Assembly: GCA_022709525.1 (NCBI GenBank) | Contig: JAKLIQ010000004.1 | Location: 73,260 to 137,259 of the forward strand | DNA: 64,000 nucleotides | Origin: Candidatus Omnitrophota bacterium | GTDB taxonomy: Bacteria; Omnitrophota; Omnitrophia; Omnitrophales; Aquincolibacteriaceae | Direction: 5' to 3' | Part shown: positions 46,618-57,936 of the stretch, piece after piece | Layout: each line of letters opens with the position of its first letter | Numbering within the stretch: the first letter of the stretch is position 1 | Notes under the pieces: generated by a model | Seen by the model: the letters and a program-made list of their open reading frames with translations, nothing else | Databases searched by the model: none | Told to the model about the DNA's origin: nothing | Position numbers and translations under genes: made by a program

Positions 46618-47394
46618 TCAGCTCCTTTTCCTTCCTCGATAAAATCCAGGGATCAATTGTTGAGCGAGCCAAATCCCGCGGAAAAGGATTCTCGCCCGGA
46701 AAGGGAATATCATGGAAACGCGGTTTGAAACTGCAAATTTGGCAATGGCTTTAACGGTTCGATCCACTGAGACCGAAAACCAATTTTTAATCTGCGTCAT
46801 GATCTTCGGAAATTTATCCGAACTTGAAACGATCGGAGTCAATACAGGGCCCAGCACGACCCATTTAAATTTCAAGTTTGTTTTGCGATACATTTCGCAA
46901 AAAACTTTAAAACTCTGGGTCAGGGCTTTTTTGCTGATGTAATAACCCAAACAATAAGGGTTCGCGGCATAATTTGTCACGGAGGAAATGGCGACGATCT
47001 TTGTTTCGGGCAATTGATGTCGCAACGCAACAAGAGGGGCGACAAAATTCAAGGCACCGAACAGATTGGTGTTAAGGACTTCGCGGAACCCATCGAGAGA
47101 AAAAAACTCATCATTATCGACTTTATTAATACCGGCATTCAAAACGAATATGGACGGGACTTTTTTCCGATCTACAAGATCGGCAATAAGCTTTTTGACC
47201 GCGGCAGCATCCTGGATATCCACTTTATGGAATTCCACAGTAGGATAAAGAGCTTCGAGAGCGGCGTCTTGACGCCGGTTCACCGCGAAGACTTTGATGC
47301 CTTTCTTGACGTAAAAATCCATTAACCCGCGGCCGATGCCCGAAGTCGTACCCGTGATCAAAACAGAACTGCTATCATTTTGTGTGAACGCCAT
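46618..47394 (-). CDS. SDR-family oxidoreductase
   Basis: VLITGTTSGIGRG and YYISKKA motifs. Confidence 0.85.
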   Translation of the reverse strand: MAFTQNDSSSVLITGTTSGIGRGLMDFYVKKGIKVFAVNRRQDAALEALYPTVEFHKVDIQDAAAVKKLIADLVDRKKVPSIFVLNAGINKVDNDEFFSLDGFREVLNTNLFGALNFVAPLVALRHQLPETKIVAISSVTNYAANPYCLGYYISKKALTQSFKVFCEMYRKTNLKFKWVVLGPVLTPIVSSSDKFPKIMTQIKNWFSVSVDRTVKAIAKFAVSNRVSMIFPFRARILFRGIWLAQQLIPGFYRGRKRS

Positions 47395-47544
47395 GGCCCA
47401 CTTATAATGAAAAGGCCCAAAATCGTCAATGATAAACTTGACGCCCCCATTAAGAAAGGGCAGCGCTCAAAACGCGTTGACGCGGCACCGTGTTAAAAGT
47501 AAACTCTCAACGAGCCTCGATTTTTTATAAGCAAAACAATAAAA

Positions 47545-48063
47545 GTGGATGAAACTATGTCGGCACCGGCAAGCATTTTGGCGTTCGGTTTTAGTACTTT
47601 TTTTTGTTGTTTATGCCTGCACGTCCTCCTATGGCGCTTGCGACATCCCCATCATCATGTCGGAGCTCTATTGAGCGTGTTCTTTATCCCTGGCGCTGTT
47701 CTGATTGGGCTCATTGCCCTTGGATGTCGTCAGCTTACTCTTGCCGACCTTGCGGCAATCGCCATTCTTCATACCGCGCTCAGTTGCGCTTATATCCAAA
47801 TTTATCCGGCAAGCCAGGCGGATAGCCCATCGCTAAAAATACTTGTCTTGGTCGGGAGGTCCGAAACAGGACTAACTGCCGAAGAAATCCGGTCTTTTTT
47901 TGATCCAAAAACCCTATTCTCGGACCGGATCCATGATCTTTTAAATGCCAAACTTATTTATCAAAGCGGAGAAAAGCTGGCCCTTAGCTCGAAAGGTGAA
48001 AAAATGATCGCGCCGTTTTTAATGCTTCGAAAAGCCCTGGGCCTTCCGGCGGGGAGGGGTTAA
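47545..48063 (+). CDS. Hypothetical small membrane protein (172 aa)
   Basis: 2-3 N-terminal transmembrane helices and a C-terminal soluble ~70-aa domain. First of two equal-length tandem genes. Confidence 0.45.
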   Translation: MDETMSAPASILAFGFSTFFCCLCLHVLLWRLRHPHHHVGALLSVFFIPGAVLIGLIALGCRQLTLADLAAIAILHTALSCAYIQIYPASQADSPSLKILVLVGRSETGLTAEEIRSFFDPKTLFSDRIHDLLNAKLIYQSGEKLALSSKGEKMIAPFLMLRKALGLPAGRG

Positions 48064-48064
48064 G

Positions 48065-48583
48065 ATGACTTCCCGCTATCTTTTTCTACTGCTCTTATTA
48101 ATAAGTTCGCCCTTCTGCATCTTTTTGCTTCATATCTTCCTTTCAAGGATCTTGCGGAAATTCAAACCTCATATCGCCCCGCTTCCCGTCGCGGCTTTTT
48201 CGGTCCTTTGCAGCTATCCTTTGATGGGTTATGCATTATGGATGTGTTTTCTTAAATTTTTAACAGGAAGCGATGTTTTGGGATTCGGATTATATGCATT
48301 GATCGTTTATACATGTTTTTCGTTCTGCTATTTCATACTTTTTACCATGAGTGAAACGGCCAGAAGGATCCACATCCTTCGAAAGCTCAGGGAAACCGGC
48401 CCTCTTTCCGAAGATGCTCTGGCTGCCGATTATGCCGCTGAGGATATGCTGGATGTGCGCCTAAGACGCATGGTCGAGTTAAAACAGCTGCGCCTCGTTA
48501 AAGACCGTTTTATACTTAAAAACCGGTTGCTCTGGTTAGCAGGGACTGCGCTTTCGGCCTGGGCCAAAGCGCTCGGGTTCTAA
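48065..48583 (+). CDS. Hypothetical small membrane protein (172 aa), probable paralog of the upstream gene
   Basis: Same length and topology. Starts 2 nt after the upstream stop codon. Confidence 0.45.
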   Translation: MTSRYLFLLLLLISSPFCIFLLHIFLSRILRKFKPHIAPLPVAAFSVLCSYPLMGYALWMCFLKFLTGSDVLGFGLYALIVYTCFSFCYFILFTMSETARRIHILRKLRETGPLSEDALAADYAAEDMLDVRLRRMVELKQLRLVKDRFILKNRLLWLAGTALSAWAKALGF

Positions 48584-48666
48584 CTTCGCTTCCTCTTAAT
48601 CGTTCACCGTTAAACTATCTACATCCCCCCTGCGGCAATCAAAACTCAGAATACAATGACATCATA

Positions 48667-48684
48667 TGACTATTGTTGACTATT
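48667..48684 (+). promoter_or_regulatory. Tandem direct repeat TGACTATT(10-bp phasing)TGACTATT, overlapping a TTGACT -35-like hexamer; candidate operator/promoter
   Basis: Read directly, in an AT-rich intergenic region ~50 nt upstream of the HTH gene. Confidence 0.3.
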
Positions 48685-48735
48685 ATTGAATCCATGTTAC
48701 GATATCCCATATTCTAATCACGGAAAGGGAATATC

Positions 48736-49003
48736 ATGCAAATCAATGAATTTGAGGTCTATACCCCTAAGGAAACGCAGGCGCTGCTCAAAGTAAGTCC
48801 GAGCACGATGATGCGTATGATCAAAAACGGCCTTATAGGGGCCGCAAAGGTTGGGAAGCAATACCGCATCCTGGGTAAAGAGATATTGCGGGTGATCTCT
48901 CCAAAACTCGAGGATAAAGTCGGCAAAGCCTACAATAAGGCACGCCATTGGGTACACGAAGGCATCGATGAGAAACCGTCCCCCAAAAATAAGCACAATT
49001 CTC

Positions 49004-49020
<17 letters not shown>
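48736..49020 (+). CDS. Excisionase/MerR-type helix-turn-helix DNA-binding protein (94 aa)
   Basis: LLKVSPSTMMRMIKNGLIGAAKVGKQYRI has the HTH_17/Xis-family pattern. Confidence 0.55.
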
Positions 49021-51898
<2,878 letters not shown>

Positions 51899-51899
51899 T

Positions 51900-52976
51900 A
51901 TGCATAACGCTCATCATTTACCACTTTTTTTTCGCGTGGATGCCGGCCTCCAAATGGGAACAGGGCATCTGATGCGTTGTCTGGCCCTTGCGCAGGCCTG
52001 GCATGCTCTTGGCGGTAAAACATTTTTTATAACAAAACGGATCGCTCCGGCCCTGCGTCGCCATCTTCGAACCGCCGGCGTTTCTGGAATATGCGAGATC
52101 GCTGCGGCTCGAAATGACGCAAGGAAAACTATTCGGTTTATTCAGGCAAACACGAAGGGGCGAAACCCCTGGATGGTCGTTGATGGCTATCATTTTGGAG
52201 CAAATTACTTAAAACAGCTTCGATCGGCGGGCATGCGCCTGCTTGTAATCGATGATCACGCTAAAATGCCGATTACCTATGCGGATCTTTTATTAAATCA
52301 AAATGCCTACGCCTCCAAGAAACTTTATTCGTTTAAAAAGTTAAAACGTCCGCCCCAGTTTTTATTGGGAGGAAAATATTGCCTGCTTCGGCGCGAATTC
52401 TGGAAGCGGGGAAAAAACCCGGAAAATCAAGATGCCGCCGAAAAAGTCCTGGTCACCATGGGCGGCGCGGACCCGTACGGCGCGACAATAAAGATACTCA
52501 AAATGCTCGCGGCGGCCGGGGATCACCGTTTGAAGCTTACCGTGATCGTGGGGGCGAATAATCCGCGCGTATCGCTTATCCGGCATTTTGCTCAATGCTC
52601 AAAGCTGTCGATTCGGGTTGTGAAGAATGTAAAAAATATGACCCGATGGTACCGCTGGGCGGATCTTGCGATTACCGGCGGGGGAACGACCTGTTGGGAA
52701 CTTGCCTGGGCAGGAGTCCCGATGATGACGGTTACCTTAGCAGACAACCAGCTTATGATCACACGCTGCCTGCACCGCGGAGGATTTGCGATCTCTTTAG
52801 GTTGGCATGACCTTCTCGACCAAAAAAAATTCAACCGGGCTTTAAATCAATTGAGATCGGATGGCTTACGGAGACGCCGTATGAGACAGGCTTTGCAAAA
52901 AATCATCGATGGGCAAGGGGCGCTCCGCACCGCTCGGGCGATTATGACGCGTGCAAAAACAATAACGGGGGCATGA
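51900..52976 (+). CDS. pseG: UDP-2,4-diacetamido-2,4,6-trideoxy-beta-L-altropyranose hydrolase (PseG; MurG-like GT-B)
   Basis: FRVDAGLQMGTGHLMRCLALAQ matches the PseG N-terminal signature. 358 aa. Confidence 0.75.
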   Translation: MHNAHHLPLFFRVDAGLQMGTGHLMRCLALAQAWHALGGKTFFITKRIAPALRRHLRTAGVSGICEIAAARNDARKTIRFIQANTKGRNPWMVVDGYHFGANYLKQLRSAGMRLLVIDDHAKMPITYADLLLNQNAYASKKLYSFKKLKRPPQFLLGGKYCLLRREFWKRGKNPENQDAAEKVLVTMGGADPYGATIKILKMLAAAGDHRLKLTVIVGANNPRVSLIRHFAQCSKLSIRVVKNVKNMTRWYRWADLAITGGGTTCWELAWAGVPMMTVTLADNQLMITRCLHRGGFAISLGWHDLLDQKKFNRALNQLRSDGLRRRRMRQALQKIIDGQGALRTARAIMTRAKTITGA

Positions 52977-52977
52977 T

Positions 52978-53748
52978 ATGCGCATCCTTTATTTAGCAAA
53001 TAACCGATTAGGGCTGGAAGTGCTGCGATGGCTTAAAAACCGGGGAGAGAATATTGTTGGACTCGTCCTTCACCCTCCTCAAAAACAAAAATATGCCAAA
53101 GAAATAAAACAGATCGCCAAACTTGCTTCGCGGCTTGTGCTTGACGGTTCAAAACTCCACACAAGTCGCTCCCAAAACACACTGCGGGAAATGAATGCTG
53201 ATGTCGCTATTTCGGTTCTTTTTGATTACATCTTAAAACCCGATTTCCTCGCTCTTTTTCCCAAAGGCGTGCTGAATCTACATCCGGCCCTCTTGCCTTA
53301 TAACCGAGGACAATACCCGAATGTGTGGAGCATTGTTGAAAACACGCCCGCCGGCACAACGCTGCATTATATCGACGCCGGCATTGACACCGGAGCGATC
53401 CTTGCTCAAAAGAAAGTTTTGATGGAACCGGTTGATACCGGAAAAACGCTTTACCAAAAATTAGAGAAGGCCTCTCTGGACCTTTTCAAAGAATCCTGGC
53501 CGCGTTTTATTAGAGGAAAATTGAAGGCTAAGACCCAAAAAAATAAAAAAGGCACCTACCACCGCACTCTCGATGTGAACAAAATCGATTTGATTGATCT
53601 CAATAAAAAATATAAAGCCGGTGATCTGATCAATATCCTTCGGGCACGCACTTTTGAGCCATATCCCGGGGCTTATTTCATCAGCAAAGGAAAGCGTGTT
53701 TATTTAAGTCTCGCGTTAAATTATGATCCAAAGGGGCGCCGATCCTGA
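52978..53748 (+). CDS. Formyltransferase-family protein (Fmt/PurN-like catalytic domain)
   Basis: NLHPALLPYNRG (Asn/His) and HYIDAGIDTGAIL (Asp) catalytic motifs. Confidence 0.7.
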   Translation: MRILYLANNRLGLEVLRWLKNRGENIVGLVLHPPQKQKYAKEIKQIAKLASRLVLDGSKLHTSRSQNTLREMNADVAISVLFDYILKPDFLALFPKGVLNLHPALLPYNRGQYPNVWSIVENTPAGTTLHYIDAGIDTGAILAQKKVLMEPVDTGKTLYQKLEKASLDLFKESWPRFIRGKLKAKTQKNKKGTYHRTLDVNKIDLIDLNKKYKAGDLINILRARTFEPYPGAYFISKGKRVYLSLALNYDPKGRRS

Positions 53749-53749
53749 C

Positions 53750-54379
53750 ATGGCCAATCTTTTTATGGGCACTTTTGAAACGGTTCTTTCCGAAGTGATC
53801 AATTTTATTCCCATCGACTGCATTCTGGCGGAGGACAAACCCGCTAGCGCTAAAGTCGTCGCGTTGGGGAAAAAACTTGGCCTTGAGGTGCGGATGTTCC
53901 GAACTTATGACGAATTAGTTGCTCAAACCGGCGATTTTAAAAAAATCGGAATTTGTTTTATTGCAGGCTTCGGTACAATCCTTCGAAATGATTTTATCCA
54001 GAAATGCGATGCCGTCGTAAACATGCATCTTGGAGATGTCGCGGATTGCCGCGGACGGCATCCTCTGCCAACCGCCATCTTAAGAAAGGATCGTATGATG
54101 ACGGCGACGATCCATCTGATCGACTCTGAAAAGATCGATGCGGGCCCGATCCTCGGAAAAACAAGTCTCCCGATCGATTATGACAAGAACTATACAGCCA
54201 ATGAAATAGAACTTCTTAAAGCCGCTGTCCAATTAACGCGTGAAGTTCTGAACCAATACAAACGTACGGGCTCTTTCCGGGGACAACCCTGGAAAGCGCC
54301 CGACGGAAGTTACCAACCAAAAGTCCCGTCTGAAACGCTTGAACGTGTATTTAGAGCGAGGACGCTCAAGGAGCTTTGA
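53750..54379 (+). CDS. Second formyltransferase-family protein (paralog)
   Basis: NMHLGDVADCRGRHPL and TIHLIDSEKIDAGPILG motifs. TGA/ATG coupling with the upstream gene. Confidence 0.6.
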   Translation: MANLFMGTFETVLSEVINFIPIDCILAEDKPASAKVVALGKKLGLEVRMFRTYDELVAQTGDFKKIGICFIAGFGTILRNDFIQKCDAVVNMHLGDVADCRGRHPLPTAILRKDRMMTATIHLIDSEKIDAGPILGKTSLPIDYDKNYTANEIELLKAAVQLTREVLNQYKRTGSFRGQPWKAPDGSYQPKVPSETLERVFRARTLKEL

Positions 54380-54380
54380 T

Positions 54381-55103
54381 ATGAAGGTCGTGATCAGCCA
54401 GCCGCGCTACCTTCCGGCTCTCAATTACTTACAACGGCTTTGTTTTGCGGACTTGTTCGTATTTCTTGATACGGTACAGCGTCAATCGCGGGGATGGGAG
54501 AACAGGAACCAAATCCTGAACGGCGACCAAGCTAAGTGGCTTACCGTGCCCATTCGTTCTTCTTCACGTGAATTGATCAAACATTCGATCATCGATCATC
54601 CTGACTGGATCAAAGAGCATAAGCTTTCACTTGTCAAAGCTTACGAAAAGCATCCGTTCTTTGAAAAAAAATCGATCGATGCTTTTTACAAAGACGCCGA
54701 GATCGTTTTTCAAAATTCAGAAGGAAGATTCGGCGCCGTGATAACTCATTTATTAAAAAACGCGTGCGCTCTTTTTGGCTTTTCTCCAAAAATTATTTTG
54801 GCGAGCGAATTACCGCACACCTTTGACCTAAGTCACGGACCGGCAAAATTGGCCGACATTTGCAAAGAGATAAAGGCGACCGCCTATATTTCAGGGCCTA
54901 ACGGCCGCGCGTACGGGGTTCGCGAGGCGTTTGAGGGAAGCCCCATCAAAGTTTATTTTCATGATTTCAAACACCCCCAGTACCGCCAACAAGGGCGGTC
55001 GGGATTTACGCCCTATCTTGCTTTTTTCGATGCTCTCTTCAATGTCGGTTTTGAAAAAACAAAGGAGTGGATCCATGATAAACCTGTCCTCTCGGAAACA
55101 TAA
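54381..55103 (+). CDS. WbqC-like family protein
   Basis: N-terminal MKVVISQPRYLPALNYLQRL...FLDTVQ pattern typical of WbqC-like proteins. AAGGAG site upstream. Confidence 0.6.
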   Translation: MKVVISQPRYLPALNYLQRLCFADLFVFLDTVQRQSRGWENRNQILNGDQAKWLTVPIRSSSRELIKHSIIDHPDWIKEHKLSLVKAYEKHPFFEKKSIDAFYKDAEIVFQNSEGRFGAVITHLLKNACALFGFSPKIILASELPHTFDLSHGPAKLADICKEIKATAYISGPNGRAYGVREAFEGSPIKVYFHDFKHPQYRQQGRSGFTPYLAFFDALFNVGFEKTKEWIHDKPVLSET

Positions 55104-55773
55104 GATCCTCGTAGTGGCCGCACACCCGGATGACGAAATCCTGGGTTGCGGCGGAACAATAGCGCGCTTGTCAAAGGAAGGGCATGAAGTGCATATTCTC
55201 ATTTTAGGGGAGGGCGCAACCTCTCGCGACCAATCCCGGAATATCGCAAAACGAAGTGCCGCGCTTAAAAAACTCCGGCTTTCCGCGGAAAAAGCCGCAA
55301 AGGTCTTGGGGGCGTGTCGTGTTCATTTCCATGACTTTCCGGATAATCGTTTTGACAGTGTCGCCTTGCTTGATATTGTAAAAGCGGTCGAGCAGGTCAA
55401 AGAAAAAATTCGTCCTTCGATAATTCTGACGCATTTTGCACATGATCTTAATATCGATCATCAAAAGACCTTTAAAGCGGTATTGACGGCCACGCGGCCG
55501 ATGAAAAACGAAACCGTGAGAGCCGTTTATTCCTTCGAAATTCTTTCCTCTACCGAATGGCAGTACGCACACCCTTTTCCGGCGGATACTTTCATGGATA
55601 TTTCGGACTTCTTCGCCCGCAAACTTAGAGCATTAAAGGAATATGCGCAGGAAATGAGAGGGCCGGACCATCCGCGCTCATCCCGAGGAGTAACGCTTAA
55701 TGCGGAACTTTGGGGGCTTAAGACGGGGACTCAATACGCGGAAGCATTACAACTAGTGAGGCAGATCATTTAA
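55075..55773 (+). CDS. PIG-L/LmbE-family N-acetylglucosaminyl deacetylase
   Basis: ILVVAAHPDDEILGCGGT metal-binding motif and an HxxH region. AAGGAG site upstream. Overlaps the upstream gene by 29 nt. Confidence 0.8.
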   Translation: MINLSSRKHKILVVAAHPDDEILGCGGTIARLSKEGHEVHILILGEGATSRDQSRNIAKRSAALKKLRLSAEKAAKVLGACRVHFHDFPDNRFDSVALLDIVKAVEQVKEKIRPSIILTHFAHDLNIDHQKTFKAVLTATRPMKNETVRAVYSFEILSSTEWQYAHPFPADTFMDISDFFARKLRALKEYAQEMRGPDHPRSSRGVTLNAELWGLKTGTQYAEALQLVRQII

Positions 55774-55775
55774 AT

Positions 55776-56840
55776 ATGAAAAAAACTTTAAAGATCGGAC
55801 ACAAGATCGTCGGAGAAGGGCGGCCGGTATTTTGTATTGCCGAACTCTCGGCGAACCATCTGCAGAATTACGGACTCGCGGTTAAAATGGTCCGCGCCGC
55901 AAAAAGGGCGGGAGCAGACGCCGTAAAGGTGCAAACCCTCACGCCGGACACCATGACCCTGGATTGCCATAACCAACACTTCCGGATTAAGGGAAACACG
56001 CCGTGGGATGGCCAAACCTATTACCAGCTTTACAGTCAGACCTGCATGCCGTGGGCCTGGCATCAAAAACTCGCGCGACTGGCGAAATCGCTCGGGCTCG
56101 TTTTTTTCTCTACGCCCTATGACACAAGCTCTTCCGATTTTCTTGCAAAACTCAAAATGCCAGCCTACAAGATCGCGTCGTTCGAATTAACCGACATCCC
56201 TTTCATCCGGCATGTCGCAAAAAAGAAAAAGCCGATGTTGATGTCCACCGGGATCGCTACGCTCGCGGAGATCGATGACGCCATCCGCGCTTGCCGATCT
56301 GCCGGAAACTCAAAACTGATCCTTTTAAAATGCACCTCGATGTATCCTACCCCGTTGACCGAATTGAACCTGCGCCATATTCAAGAACTCCGTAAGCATT
56401 ACGGCGCTTTGGTCGGTCTTTCCGACCACACGCTGGACTCGTCGGTCTCTGTAGCCGCGGTAGCGCTCGGGATCTGTGTGATCGAAAAACACTTCACATT
56501 GGATCGGAAGCTGGGGGGGCCGGACGCCGCCTTTTCTATGGAGCCGCATGAATTCAAAGAAATGGTCCGCTTGATCCGGAAAACGGAAGCCATGCTGGGA
56601 GAGAAACGTTTCCGCTTGAGCGCCTCGGTGAAAAAGAACCGTCAATTTTGCCGTTCGCTTTTTGCAGTCCAGGATATCAAGCGCCATGAACGCTTTTCTC
56701 CGAAAAATATCCGTTCGATACGCCCAGGATCCGGGCTTCCGCCGAAATATTACGATTTCATATTGAAAAAAAAGGCAGGCAAGGACATCCGCCGGGGAAC
56801 ACCCCTGGCTTGGTCCATGATCTCAACCCGAACTCATTAA
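55776..56840 (+). CDS. pseI: Pseudaminic acid synthase (NeuB family with C-terminal SAF domain)
   Basis: GEGRPVFCIAELSANH, KVQT and SDHT motifs of the NeuB/PseI family. 354 aa. Confidence 0.85.
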   Translation: MKKTLKIGHKIVGEGRPVFCIAELSANHLQNYGLAVKMVRAAKRAGADAVKVQTLTPDTMTLDCHNQHFRIKGNTPWDGQTYYQLYSQTCMPWAWHQKLARLAKSLGLVFFSTPYDTSSSDFLAKLKMPAYKIASFELTDIPFIRHVAKKKKPMLMSTGIATLAEIDDAIRACRSAGNSKLILLKCTSMYPTPLTELNLRHIQELRKHYGALVGLSDHTLDSSVSVAAVALGICVIEKHFTLDRKLGGPDAAFSMEPHEFKEMVRLIRKTEAMLGEKRFRLSASVKKNRQFCRSLFAVQDIKRHERFSPKNIRSIRPGSGLPPKYYDFILKKKAGKDIRRGTPLAWSMISTRTH

Positions 56841-56853
56841 CCCGGAGGTTACC

Positions 56854-57927
56854 GTGACAAAAGTCAACGAACAAAAGATCACCACCAATCCTTTTTATCA
56901 CTATCAAGACTTGTGGAAATCCGAAAATTTCAAAAAATGGGAAGCGGAACAGTCGGATGAATTCAAAAAATACCGTCGATTATGGCAAGAATGCCCGCGC
57001 CTGCGGAAAGCGCCTCCGGCCCCGATCAGCATCAATCTTGAATTGACGGATGTTTGTAATGCCGGCAATAAGCCTTGCATCATGTGCCCGAAATGGTTCC
57101 TGAAACCCCATAATCAATTCATGGCCTATGAAGATGCGGTTCGCGTTCTTGATGAAGCGAGATCGCTCGGCGTCTACGCCGTAAACTTGAACGGGGCCGG
57201 AGAATCGCTCTTGCATAAGGATTTCCCGAAAATCGTTCAATATGCCCGAAAAATCGGCTTTCTGGATGTGATGGTTCACACGAATGGAACGATGCTGACC
57301 CGTGAAATGTCGGAAAAGCTGATCGACGCGGGCCTGACGCGCCTCATCGTTTCGGTGGATTCGCACATTCCGGAGATCTACCAGACCATCCGACCCAATT
57401 TTAAATTTTCGACGGTCTATCAGAACGTAAAAAATTTTATCGCCGTCCGCGACCAGAAAGGGAAGCGCGAGCCTATTTTGCGTTTGACCATGGTCGTTAT
57501 GAAACACAATGTCGATACTATCAAAGACACGATCAAGTTCTGGTCCTTCGCCGATTACATCACGATCAATGATTGTATGTACTTTGACGATTTTAAGGTC
57601 TTTGATTTCGATAAGCAGAAAATCAACAGCGAGGCGAAACAAAAAGGCCTTATCTACGCCTGCGCGCCGCTTTATCAGCAGCTAACGGTAACGATCGACT
57701 TCAAGATCATCTCTTGCAGCACCATTTACGCAAAAAACTACAAGATCCTTGGCCATTACGGCAAACAATCACTCAAAGAGGCCTGGGAGGGAAGAGAGCT
57801 TGCCGAAATGCGCAAAGCTCACGAAAGCGGGCGCTGCACCGACATCCCATGCTGCGAAAAATGCGATCTTCCCCAGATTGAACTTTTGAAAAAGATTCGT
57901 GAACAAGATGGAGTAATGCTGCGCTAG
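56854..57927 (+). CDS. Radical SAM-like protein with unusual CX6CX2C cluster motif and C-terminal Cys-rich region
   Basis: ELTDVCNAGNKPCIMCPKW, with C-terminal CTDIPCCEKC. GTG start preceded by GGAGG. Confidence 0.65.
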   Translation: MTKVNEQKITTNPFYHYQDLWKSENFKKWEAEQSDEFKKYRRLWQECPRLRKAPPAPISINLELTDVCNAGNKPCIMCPKWFLKPHNQFMAYEDAVRVLDEARSLGVYAVNLNGAGESLLHKDFPKIVQYARKIGFLDVMVHTNGTMLTREMSEKLIDAGLTRLIVSVDSHIPEIYQTIRPNFKFSTVYQNVKNFIAVRDQKGKREPILRLTMVVMKHNVDTIKDTIKFWSFADYITINDCMYFDDFKVFDFDKQKINSEAKQKGLIYACAPLYQQLTVTIDFKIISCSTIYAKNYKILGHYGKQSLKEAWEGRELAEMRKAHESGRCTDIPCCEKCDLPQIELLKKIREQDGVMLR

Positions 57928-57936
57928 ATCGCAGCA

